Part shown: in pieces, positions 1-8,097 of the stretch
Layout: each line of letters starts with the position of its first letter
How positions within the stretch are numbered: position 1 is the first letter of the stretch
Origin: Candidatus Omnitrophota bacterium
Lineage (GTDB): Bacteria > Omnitrophota > Gorgyraeia > 2-01-FULL-45-10
Direction: 5' to 3'
DNA: 64,000 bases
NCBI GenBank assembly: GCA_030695905.1
Contig: JAUYOL010000001.1
Span: forward strand, 2,023 to 66,022
Made by a program: the position numbers and the translations under genes
The notes under the pieces: generated by a model
What the model saw: the letters and a program-made list of their open reading frames with translations, nothing else
Database searches by the model: none
What the model was told of the DNA's origin: nothing

Positions 1-386
1 ATCTTCCAGTATGGATAGACCTTTTTTATCTCATCCGGCCATGTGCCCGCCAGGACTACTCTTTGAGCGTTAATTTCGCTTATTGTATATAGATAAGGTA
101 TTGCGCCGATAAGCTTCTTTTCATCCAGCGAGCGGATCATGCTCTTTAGATCCGCCTCTTTAAAATAATCTGCTTTCCCGGTATCGCGGGGCGAGATCAC
201 AATATTGGCGCCGTAAGAACGTAGTTCCCTGTTCATCTTCAGGTTTATATCATAATAAAGGCTTAAAAGGGCCGATACTACGCATGCGGCAATACTCAAA
301 GCAAACAGAGCCAAAAACAACCGGAACTTCCTCTGAGTAAATGACTTTTTTATTACTCTAAAAAACAATACGATATTATTGTTCAT
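1..386 (-). CDS. FtsX-like ABC transporter permease, N-terminal part (gene continues beyond window start)
   Basis: Minus-strand ATG at 386-384; my hand translation MNNNIVLFFRVIKKSFTQRKFRLFLALFALSIAACVVSALLSLYYDINLKMNRELRSYGANIVISPRD... closely parallels the N-terminus of the adjacent FtsX-like ORF 376..1668 (TM helix then large periplasmic loop). Confidence 0.5.
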   Translation of the reverse strand, partial: MNNNIVLFFRVIKKSFTQRKFRLFLALFALSIAACVVSALLSLYYDINLKMNRELRSYGANIVISPRDTGKADYFKEADLKSMIRSLDEKKLIGAIPYLYTISEINAQRVVLAGTWPDEIKKVYPYWK

Positions 387-1668
387 GCAAAACCTCGATC
401 GGCCTTAAGGCCAGGATAAACTTTATAGGTGAGAGGCTTCCTATAATCGCGATACACGTTGACAGGAAAAAAACTACCGGCAGGACAATCGGCTTAATTG
501 AAACGCCATATCCAAAAACGCTCCTGGCAATTACTTGACAAAATAGAAAACCTGCCGCGTACCCTAATAGGCTTCCGCATATACTTATTATTACTACTTC
601 GGCTATAAATGCTCCGGCTATTCTAAATGAATCCGCGCCGAGGGCTTTTGACAGCCCGATCTCTCTTGTCCTTTCCAGGACTGATGTAGTCATGAGGCTC
701 CATATACCGAGGCCGGCCATTATCATCGCGAAGGCCGTCAAAATGAACATAAGGATCTTTAGTCTTGTTAAGATATTGCCCTCTGCCTCAGCCACTTTTC
801 TTATGGGCTTGGCGCAGACGGTCGGGATTGCCTCTTCGATCTGAAAGGCCACTGAGCTGACATAAGCGGTGCAATACCATTTTTCGAATTCGGCGCTCGT
901 CAAGCTATCGGGATCCTCGGACGCATGATCGGACAATTTATTATTGGGCGTGGTCAGCGCACTTACCTCTACCTCCTGCACATGACCCGTCAAATTCATT
1001 TTTTCCTGCAGAAACTTCAACGGGACGTAAAACTTTTTTATGTTTTGGTCGTCTCCTTTTACAATCCCTTTTACATAGAGCTCTGAGTCTATTAAACCAT
1101 CCGGCCCATAAATAACTATTTTTACGGGTTCGCCGGGCTTAAGAGAGAGGGCCTTTTCGGCGGCTTCATTGACGAGCGCCGCGCTATAGTCTGATTCATC
1201 ATCTATCCATTCTCCCTTTACTGCCAGGTAGGGTCTTGTTTTTTTAATCCCTTCGACAAAAGTTTCTCCCGTAGAAATAGTATTATTTTTCTCAAACCAC
1301 GTCCCGTCAATGACAAATTTGTGATTATTAACCTCTCCCGTGCCGGTCAGGTGCGGAGCGAATCCTTTTATGTTATAGCGCCAAAATATCATTCTTAAGT
1401 TTTCCAGATACTTTTCCTCTATGAACGACCTGTTTTTAATAGGATTGAAATCGATCCCTTCTATTTCGAAAGGCAGGCTTCTTTCTTTTGGAATTACGAG
1501 AATATTAGCCCCGTAAGTTTTTAGTTCTTCGGCCATCTTGTCGGAGATGTCCAGAGATATATTAAGCAGAGCCGTCGCGACGCTCGCTCCTAAGGCAAGG
1601 CAGGCTATAGCCAAAACCTTATTTCTTTTCTGCCGCATAAAAGATTTTTTTAATACCCTTATAAACAT
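376..1668 (-). CDS. FtsX/MacB-like ABC transporter permease
   Basis: 430 aa. N-terminal TM helix, large periplasmic domain and C-terminal multi-TM FtsX-type region; tandem with a second permease and an iron-uptake cluster. Confidence 0.6.
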   Translation of the reverse strand: MFIRVLKKSFMRQKRNKVLAIACLALGASVATALLNISLDISDKMAEELKTYGANILVIPKERSLPFEIEGIDFNPIKNRSFIEEKYLENLRMIFWRYNIKGFAPHLTGTGEVNNHKFVIDGTWFEKNNTISTGETFVEGIKKTRPYLAVKGEWIDDESDYSAALVNEAAEKALSLKPGEPVKIVIYGPDGLIDSELYVKGIVKGDDQNIKKFYVPLKFLQEKMNLTGHVQEVEVSALTTPNNKLSDHASEDPDSLTSAEFEKWYCTAYVSSVAFQIEEAIPTVCAKPIRKVAEAEGNILTRLKILMFILTAFAMIMAGLGIWSLMTTSVLERTREIGLSKALGADSFRIAGAFIAEVVIISICGSLLGYAAGFLFCQVIARSVFGYGVSIKPIVLPVVFFLSTCIAIIGSLSPIKFILALRPIEVLHEQ

Positions 1669-1679
1669 ATCTTAAGCCT

Positions 1680-2906
1680 TTACTCTCTGAATACTTCCTT
1701 CTTTTTTTCTATATCAGAAACCTTGATCGATAAGAAATCGTTTTCCTTCCTATAGGCAAGCGGGATAGGATTGCACCCACCGGGTAATCCTATCGTATCA
1801 AGATTCATCATTACATCGCAGGCCAGGCAGACGATCTGGCCTTTTTTCCTCTGATAATAGCCGACGGGCCCGCAAATATCACAGGCATCAAAACCTATGC
1901 CGAAAATACCCGCTCTTTTTTCAACGATAATAAAACGGATGTTAACCCCGTCTTCGGTAGCGCAGGAAAAACGATGCAGGTTTCCGTCGCTCACAGCTTC
2001 AACAGGAATGCGCACCGCTCCATTTTGAGGAACTGTTTTTTCGGATGGCGACAGCGTTATCTTTCTGGAGGCCCAGGCATAATTAGCGATCATAATAGCT
2101 ATCACTATTGCCAAAGATAAATAGCCGGATCTTATCCAGTAATTTCTGATTAAGTGTGCGGCTTTTATCTTACGCTTTTCGGCAGGATTTAAATTGCTCC
2201 TCTGTCTATTCTCACCCTTGTACCTTCCTATAAATAAACCGGCCCCTAATACAAACAATAGCACATAACATGTCAGCTGGCGATAATTTATCAAAGGGGC
2301 CACGATAGTGACAGTCTTCGCGGTCGCGGGTAAAAATCCTAAAACGAGGAGGCCGGACGCCAGAATAATCAGAGCATGGGCCATACTGCTTATAAAAACG
2401 ACGAAAACCAGGAGAAGCGATCTCTTTTTATCCAAAAACCGGCTGATCCGCGCAAAAATCTTACCCAGGATGATTGCTATGCCGCCGCCCAGCATCCCCG
2501 CGACAATCTTAAGGATAAGCTCTGTATTTAGATTGTTTTCAGCGCTAAAAATAGACCGGGAGAATAAGGATATTTCTATAAAATCCTGCAGGGATAAAAG
2601 AAAGGCGATATTGAAAATTAAAGATTTTTTAAACTTAAAGGCGTTCGGGCGCCGCATAAAAACAAATACGGCAAGGCATAGAATTATTGCCAATAATGCC
2701 CAGACCGCGTCAAATTCTTCTCTCAGTTTGAAAAACTTCAAAGGGCATGCTGATAAGACTCCGGCAAGGAAAGAACAGGCCAGGCCCCACCACAAACATT
2801 TCTTTAATCTTTGCAGATCCAGACGCTCGAGCAAGATCGCCCCGGAGGCAAAGGTTAAAGCTATCCTTATGCCCTTTTCTAAAATAAAAGCTATTACCTC
2901 TAGCAT
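1680..2906 (-). CDS. Polytopic membrane protein with C-terminal Cys-rich soluble domain (DUF2318-like, FTR1/P19-associated)
   Basis: 408 aa. Multiple TM helices, then the C-terminal cysteine cluster CATEDG...DACDICGPVGYY...CLACDVMMN...GGCNP. Family assignment is from memory of FTR1-P19 loci and is low-confidence. Confidence 0.4.
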   Translation of the reverse strand: MLEVIAFILEKGIRIALTFASGAILLERLDLQRLKKCLWWGLACSFLAGVLSACPLKFFKLREEFDAVWALLAIILCLAVFVFMRRPNAFKFKKSLIFNIAFLLSLQDFIEISLFSRSIFSAENNLNTELILKIVAGMLGGGIAIILGKIFARISRFLDKKRSLLLVFVVFISSMAHALIILASGLLVLGFLPATAKTVTIVAPLINYRQLTCYVLLFVLGAGLFIGRYKGENRQRSNLNPAEKRKIKAAHLIRNYWIRSGYLSLAIVIAIMIANYAWASRKITLSPSEKTVPQNGAVRIPVEAVSDGNLHRFSCATEDGVNIRFIIVEKRAGIFGIGFDACDICGPVGYYQRKKGQIVCLACDVMMNLDTIGLPGGCNPIPLAYRKENDFLSIKVSDIEKKKEVFRE

Positions 2907-2927
2907 CAGCTATATTTTTTACCCTTT

Positions 2928-4274
2928 TTAAAATTTTATCTGCGTCTGCACATAGAAATAATTGATATCCTTACGCGAATCTACGGCGTCCTTGAAAAAC
3001 CTTCCGAGAAAAAACCGGTTCGCGCTGAGTATCAAGTTTACATTTTCCGTGATTTTAAAATTGGCTATCACGTTGACTTCGCTTCCAATGTTACGGCTTA
3101 TATCGGCCGGTGTTTTATCCGCCAGAAAATAATGGTAGTCGATGTTCAAGTTTATCCTAGGATGCAAATCCATTGATATGCCACCGATTATAATGTGCAT
3201 ACCACTTGCCCTGAAATCGCCTACTGTAATACCGCTCACATCCGGGACAAGGCTTATATCGCCTACAATGTATTGGTCATTATATATGTTTCCATGGAAT
3301 TCACTGTAATATTTGTCATCCGTCTTATTATCACCGCTTCCAAAGGCATAGCCCGCGAAGAGGCGCGGATTATATTTTGATTTGAACGTGTACCCCGCTT
3401 CAACGTGCCCTCCATACGCGCTGATCGTGTCGTGGGCTCCGCGTTCCTCGTTCTCTATATTGCCGAATTGATAAAGCGGCTCAATCTCGTAATCAAACTG
3501 TTCCATGATCTTACCCGCGAACCTTGTTCCGATCGTATACCACGTGGCGTCATCCGCCAGGTCTGAATGGAAAAATTCGAAACCGCCATGGTGATAGAAG
3601 AAATAAAGATCGGCTGTCGTATCTTCCGTAATTTCGTATTGTGAGTACGCGCCATACAGGGCCGGCCTGTCTTTACTTGTCCCTTTATTAAGATTAACAT
3701 ATCTTGCTGCTATCCCATCTACCCAGAATTTGTCGCCCAATAAAACCCTAGCCTTTGCCGCGTCCCACACGAGACCGTCATAAAAGTCATTCGTACCCAG
3801 GAAAAATCCGGAGCCGTAACATAGCTGCTGCCGACCCACCTTTGCTTCCAACGGTATATGCTCCATATCGGAAAGTTCCGCGTATGCCTGATAGAGATTG
3901 CCCTTCGAATAATCGCTGTCGCCTTCATTGTCTTCGCGCATATAGAATTGCCCCTCGGCAAAGACTTTAAGCTCTTTTATGGGGCTGAGCAAAAAATTCA
4001 CCCTGGTTCTCGAAAGTATCTGCTCATCGTGCGTATCAGGCGCGTAGCTGAAATCGCCGAGATTCTGATTTGTCACAAAATCGCCGCGCACCCTCTCTTC
4101 GGCGCCTATATTATAGGTAATGCCCTTTTTCTGGGCTGTCTTTTCTTCGTGTTCATCATGGATTTTATCGTGAATCTCGCCCCGGGTTTGGCATTCTTCA
4201 TTAGCCCATAGAGGATGCGCCAATAATAAGACCGCCGATACAATTATTATTATTTGTCCTTGCTTATACCACAT
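2928..4274 (-). CDS. Outer-membrane beta-barrel porin-like protein
   Basis: 448 aa. Signal peptide (IIIIVSAVLLLAHPLWA), alternating amphipathic strands rich in Y/G/F, and C-terminal ...YVQTQIKF ending in Phe as is typical of OMPs. Confidence 0.45.
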   Translation of the reverse strand: MWYKQGQIIIIVSAVLLLAHPLWANEECQTRGEIHDKIHDEHEEKTAQKKGITYNIGAEERVRGDFVTNQNLGDFSYAPDTHDEQILSRTRVNFLLSPIKELKVFAEGQFYMREDNEGDSDYSKGNLYQAYAELSDMEHIPLEAKVGRQQLCYGSGFFLGTNDFYDGLVWDAAKARVLLGDKFWVDGIAARYVNLNKGTSKDRPALYGAYSQYEITEDTTADLYFFYHHGGFEFFHSDLADDATWYTIGTRFAGKIMEQFDYEIEPLYQFGNIENEERGAHDTISAYGGHVEAGYTFKSKYNPRLFAGYAFGSGDNKTDDKYYSEFHGNIYNDQYIVGDISLVPDVSGITVGDFRASGMHIIIGGISMDLHPRINLNIDYHYFLADKTPADISRNIGSEVNVIANFKITENVNLILSANRFFLGRFFKDAVDSRKDINYFYVQTQIKF

Positions 4275-4310
4275 GCCAATATTCTCCTTTAATTTATTCT
4301 CTTCTCACTA

Positions 4311-4853
4311 TTACCATTTTCTGGGAACATATGGAAAGTCCCATTCAACCACAATAGGCTTTCTCCAGAATCTACCCGGCACGCCGGTTTCACTGTCTGT
4401 GTGCAGCATAAAGTCCTGTTTTAAGGGAGACTCTATAATAAATGTAACCTTATAATTACCCGCTCCCGCCATCTTTATATTGGCTCCATAGTGAGGGCCG
4501 TCGTCGGCGTTCATCGGCATGAATGTGCCTTCTATCACCTGCCCGTTATTTGTATTTTTCAGCTTATACGAGATGGACAGATACGGTATCCATTCTCCGG
4601 AGCCAAAACCCACCCTGTTCCCTGCTGTCGCCTTGATATCGCATTCAAGGTGCAGATCCGATTTCTCAGGTGTTAACCCCATCATCGGCTCCATGGGAAC
4701 AGGCTGAAAATATACCGCGGCTATCTCCATGAATTCAGCCTCCTGTGGATCACCGATAGGATACTCGGTAAAGCCAAACGCGCTTCCGGCTAAACAACAT
4801 AATGCAAACGCTGCCATGATAAAACTAAACACACCACTTTTTACTCTACCCAT
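4311..4853 (-). CDS. Periplasmic P19/FtrA-like iron-transport protein
   Basis: 180 aa. Signal peptide; size and motifs (DGPHYGANIKM, M-rich, E/D) fit the Tp34/P19 family; overlaps the FTR1 permease gene by 8 nt. Confidence 0.5.
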   Translation of the reverse strand: MGRVKSGVFSFIMAAFALCCLAGSAFGFTEYPIGDPQEAEFMEIAAVYFQPVPMEPMMGLTPEKSDLHLECDIKATAGNRVGFGSGEWIPYLSISYKLKNTNNGQVIEGTFMPMNADDGPHYGANIKMAGAGNYKVTFIIESPLKQDFMLHTDSETGVPGRFWRKPIVVEWDFPYVPRKW

Positions 4854-6045
4854 GATTTCCTCCTTTTTTTGAAAACGTTACACGTAAACCGACCAGTGCG
4901 GCTATTATCAATAAACCCTGGGGTATGATGGTCTGCCAGTAGGGATATATTCCGAGAAACGGCGCACTTGGGCCGCTGATTATTAAAGACGGATCAATGA
5001 GCCCGCCCTCTATAAGTTCCATTATGCCTTTTCCCGCAAAGACAAATGCCATGTAATAGAGAAGGGCGCTCGTAGCGATAAAAAACGGTTTTAACGGTAG
5101 TCTCATGCTTCCAAAACGGACTCCTATAAATACGGCGGTGAGCGCAATACAGCCGATAATAAATCCGCCGAAAATAACCCCTACTCCTGCCGCGCCCTGG
5201 CCTGGCACAAGCGCGGAATAGAAAAGGACCGTTTCCGCCCCTTCACGATAAACCGCCAGGAATGCGGCAAACCACAAGGCATACATACTCCCTGTGGTCA
5301 ATGACCTGTCCACCTTACCTTTAATATAGCTCATCCATTTATGCGCCTCCACCTTGCTGATCAACCAGAAGCTCACGAAGAAAAGAACAACGACCGCGAT
5401 GAGCATGGTAATCCCTTCCATAATTTCCTGATTAGCGGCATTGATACGAAAGACCCACTTTACCAATATGCCGGTGATAATACTTAAGGCGATCGCGATA
5501 ATACAGCCGTGATAAATTATCTTTACCTTATCCTTATGCCCTGTCTTGATTAAATAGGCTATGATGGCGCATATGATAAGGATTGCCTCGAATCCTTCCC
5601 TTAAGATAATGAAGAATGAATAGAAAAAGAGCGCCGCGGGGGCTTGCGACTTTTCTTTATTGCGATCCAGCTCGTGAAGCGTTACTTTAAGCTCCGCGAG
5701 CAACTCTTTTATGGAATCCTCTATGACTGGGAATGGGTCGCCTCTTTTTATCATTTTACGGATTTGAGCGAATTTAAATTCCAATTCGGAATTACGTTTG
5801 GCGGAAATGGTTCTCCGGATGGGGCCTTCCAGGTATTCAAAATTTTCGAAGTATGCGCTTTCCCATTCTGCCTTCGCGTCCTTCATCTCGCCTTTTCTAT
5901 AAAGCTCCAGGGCCCTTTCGGAATGTTTCTCGATCCCGACGACATAATCACTTAATTTTTTTCCTGCACCGCTATCCTGCGCCACACAAGCATGCGTCTG
6001 AAAGGCGAGAAACAGCGCCGCAATCAGCATTATCTTTCGTATCAT
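4846..6045 (-). CDS. FTR1-family high-affinity iron permease (EfeU/FtrC-like) with long N-terminal periplasmic extension
   Basis: Two REXXE motifs (REGFEAILI, REGAETVLFY) in TM helices. The track ORF starts at TTG 6078, but ATG 6045 (MIRKIMLIAALFLAF.. signal peptide) with GAGG upstream is the more plausible start. Confidence 0.75.
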   Translation of the reverse strand: MIRKIMLIAALFLAFQTHACVAQDSGAGKKLSDYVVGIEKHSERALELYRKGEMKDAKAEWESAYFENFEYLEGPIRRTISAKRNSELEFKFAQIRKMIKRGDPFPVIEDSIKELLAELKVTLHELDRNKEKSQAPAALFFYSFFIILREGFEAILIICAIIAYLIKTGHKDKVKIIYHGCIIAIALSIITGILVKWVFRINAANQEIMEGITMLIAVVVLFFVSFWLISKVEAHKWMSYIKGKVDRSLTTGSMYALWFAAFLAVYREGAETVLFYSALVPGQGAAGVGVIFGGFIIGCIALTAVFIGVRFGSMRLPLKPFFIATSALLYYMAFVFAGKGIMELIEGGLIDPSLIISGPSAPFLGIYPYWQTIIPQGLLIIAALVGLRVTFSKKGGNHG

Positions 6046-6067
6046 CTCGGTAAAAACCTCTTTCTTT

Positions 6068-6086
6068 ATTGAAAACAATTTTCAAT
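6068..6086. promoter_or_regulatory. Palindromic operator ATTGAAAAcaaTTTTCAAT (Fur-box-like) upstream of the FTR1 operon
   Basis: Perfect 7-nt inverted arms TTGAAAA/TTTTCAA seen in sequence about 25 nt upstream of the FTR1 start; a near-identical copy lies upstream of fur. Confidence 0.4.
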
Positions 6087-6102
6087 TACTAAACAAAAAA
6101 AA

Positions 6103-6531
6103 CTATTTCTTATGTTTGCTGCATATCCCGAATATCTGAAGCTTGTGCCTCAACGGGGTAAAATGCTTTTCTTTCGCTAATTTTTCCTGCAACTCCTCTA
6201 TTTTCGGCTTTACCACTTCCGTATAGCTTCCGCATTTGACACAGATAAGATGATCGTGATGTTCATGTCCATATCGATGCTCAAACCTTGATATGCCGTC
6301 CCCAAAATCGACCTCATTGCAAAGGCCGGCTTCTTCCAGCAATTTCATCGTCCTATATACGGTAACATAGCCTATTTTGGGGGTTTTTTTCTTCACGATT
6401 TTGTATAATTCGTCCGTAGAGAGGTGCATCTCCACCGAGAGGAATACTTTCAGTATCTCTTCCCTCTGAGGCGTGTATCTTAGACCCTTCTCCCTGATAA
6501 ACTTTTCCAGTATCTCGATCTCTTTTTTCAT
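6103..6531 (-). CDS. fur: Fur-family metalloregulator
   Basis: DNA-binding wHTH N-terminus plus HEHHDHLICVKCG metal-site motif. Likely ATG start at 6531 (MKKEIEILEKF), whereas the track used GTG 6543. Confidence 0.8.
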   Translation of the reverse strand: MKKEIEILEKFIREKGLRYTPQREEILKVFLSVEMHLSTDELYKIVKKKTPKIGYVTVYRTMKLLEEAGLCNEVDFGDGISRFEHRYGHEHHDHLICVKCGSYTEVVKPKIEELQEKLAKEKHFTPLRHKLQIFGICSKHKK

Positions 6532-6559
6532 GTCATCTTCCACCTTTGTATGATTTTTT

Positions 6560-6578
6560 ATTGAAAAGTGATTTCAAT
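6560..6578. promoter_or_regulatory. Second copy of the ATTGAAAA-N5-TTTCAAT palindrome upstream of fur
   Basis: ATTGAAAAgtgaTTTCAAT seen about 30 nt upstream of the fur start; shares arms with the 6068..6086 site. Confidence 0.4.
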
Positions 6579-6620
6579 AATATCACGCTCATCGATTCCT
6601 GTCAAGAATTATTTTTAATT

Positions 6621-7571
6621 TTATCTAAAAACCTTCTCTAAGATAAAACCGCAGGACATAAGCAGAGAGAAAACGATAATCAGCGCAATCGCTGAGGCAT
6701 TAGCGGGAAGAAGTTTCTGAACATCCATATAGTGTTTATGCGCTGTCTTTGCCGTTTTAAAACTAAGTGGAGCGCTCAAGAATACCAAAACGCACGATAG
6801 GGGAAAGATTTTCATTATCAGACCTATCAAGGTAAGTACGAATGCTAGCGGCTGCAGCCAGATAAAAACCAGCGCCGCGTTTTTTTTACCTAAACGCACT
6901 ACCAGATTTTTTTTACCGGTCTTATCATCTGCTTCAAAATCCGGAATTTCATTTATCCATAGAACCAAACCGGCTAGAATACCCGTAATAACGCCGGCAC
7001 ATAGGGACACCTTGTCAAAATGCCGAACTTGCGCGTAATACGCACCGCTCACCAAGAGTGGACCAAAGCCTATAACTACAGACAATTCGCCTAAGCCTCT
7101 GGCGGAAAGATTGACCCGCGGCTCGACATAGCCGACAGCCAGAAACATCCCGATTATACCCAAAACCAATACAGGCCAGCCGCAAAGAACGACCAAAACC
7201 AAGCCGATAGCCGCGCCCGCACTCAAGAGCCCGATGCCTGCCTTAAGCAAAGTCTGCGGCTTAATAAGGTTTTCTTGTATAACCCTTGAGCCGCCGCTAT
7301 ATGGCGTAACGGTTTCATTAATATTATCCGTTCCGCTCAAAAAGTCAAAATAGTCGTTCAAGCAGCTTGCGCCGAAATGGATGCAGGCCGAGCTCACCAA
7401 AACCGCTAAAAATAAGCCGAAGTTAAAATACCCTTGGTTATAGGCTATCGCCGTACCCAGGAGAGTTAAAACAATGGTTAATAAAACAAATGGCGGGCCT
7501 AAAACCTTAAGCCAGGCATAAACCGTTTCTGTAGGCGACTGGGCAATAAGCCGCCGAATCTTAACCGGCAT
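6621..7571 (-). CDS. UbiA-superfamily membrane prenyltransferase (MenA/UbiA-like)
   Basis: 316 aa, polytopic; Asp-rich NDYFDFLSGTD motif characteristic of UbiA-family prenyltransferases. Confidence 0.65.
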   Translation of the reverse strand: MPVKIRRLIAQSPTETVYAWLKVLGPPFVLLTIVLTLLGTAIAYNQGYFNFGLFLAVLVSSACIHFGASCLNDYFDFLSGTDNINETVTPYSGGSRVIQENLIKPQTLLKAGIGLLSAGAAIGLVLVVLCGWPVLVLGIIGMFLAVGYVEPRVNLSARGLGELSVVIGFGPLLVSGAYYAQVRHFDKVSLCAGVITGILAGLVLWINEIPDFEADDKTGKKNLVVRLGKKNAALVFIWLQPLAFVLTLIGLIMKIFPLSCVLVFLSAPLSFKTAKTAHKHYMDVQKLLPANASAIALIIVFSLLMSCGFILEKVFR

Positions 7572-7579
7572 TGCTTAAG

Positions 7580-7759
7580 TTAAAATAAGGTTGAAACGAT
7601 GTAATTGCCGTCTTTCTTCAGTGCGGGCGAAACGCCAACAGCGGTCTTTAACGCAAAAGCCTCCATTGAAACCGATTCGGGTGAAGCATATTTTTTTGAC
7701 CCTGTACCCTTTTTGATATCCTGGTTCTTAGTCACTCCGGTTGATCTCATCTTGCTCAT
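7580..7759 (-). CDS. Candidate 59-aa precursor/partner peptide downstream of the PqqD-like gene (not in ORF track, below 60 aa)
   Basis: Hand translation MSKMRSTGVTKNQDIKKGTGSKKYASPESVSMEAFALKTAVGVSPALKEDGNYIVSTLF. Strong SD GGGAGGG 7 nt upstream of ATG 7759; starts 24 nt after the PqqD-like stop and ends 8 nt before the UbiA start. Confidence 0.3.
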   Translation of the reverse strand: MSKMRSTGVTKNQDIKKGTGSKKYASPESVSMEAFALKTAVGVSPALKKDGNYIVSTLF

Positions 7760-7782
7760 GCCGTTACCCTCCCTTTCTTTAT

Positions 7783-8097
7783 TTATTCTTCCAATATTCC
7801 TTTTTCAACAAACAAACGTGCACATTCACTAACTTCAGATAAAAGACTTGAGAAGTCTGTAGTCTCAAATTCACCTGCCACTTTTTCTGCGATTGCTTCA
7901 ATGTTATTGTTACCATCGCAAAGCTGGAAAATTTTCGCGGCTACCGGGTTTAATATCCTCGGTAGAGCAAAATCATCCTTATGGACTATTACAATCTGGT
8001 CATTTTCCCCATCCAGTCTCCAACGTAAATTTGTGGCTATCCTGGGTTTACTCATAATGGATATCTTCAGTGACATAGGGGATAGTCCTCTCCGCAA
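7783..8097 (-). CDS. PqqD-family peptide chaperone (RiPP recognition element-like)
   Basis: 104 aa; ..LNPVAAKIFQLCDGNNNIEAIAEKVAGEF...LFVEKGILEE matches the PqqD pattern; overlaps the rSAM gene by 50 nt. Confidence 0.7.
   Translation of the reverse strand: MRRGLSPMSLKISIMSKPRIATNLRWRLDGENDQIVIVHKDDFALPRILNPVAAKIFQLCDGNNNIEAIAEKVAGEFETTDFSSLLSEVSECARLFVEKGILEE

Noticed and set aside
2308-2931. Plus-strand 207-aa ORF, and many similar long ORFs antisense to real genes (e.g. 21224..21727, 29111..29725, 45956..46525, 50744..51679, 62001..62720)
   Set aside because: They fully overlap well-supported genes on the opposite strand, have low-complexity S/P/A-rich translations, and lack RBS or homology. 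They are typical antisense shadow ORFs.
6046-6078. TTG start assigned by the track to the FTR1 permease, and similarly thiE at 22739 and fur at 6543
   Set aside because: Downstream ATGs with better SD spacing and sensible signal peptides or N-termini are more plausible. Coordinates were adjusted accordingly.
7605-7832. Plus-strand 75-aa ORF overlapping the candidate 59-aa peptide
   Set aside because: It has no SD, is opposite in orientation to the whole operon, and has a hydrophobic junk-like translation. The minus-strand 59-aa ORF with the GGGAGGG SD is preferred.
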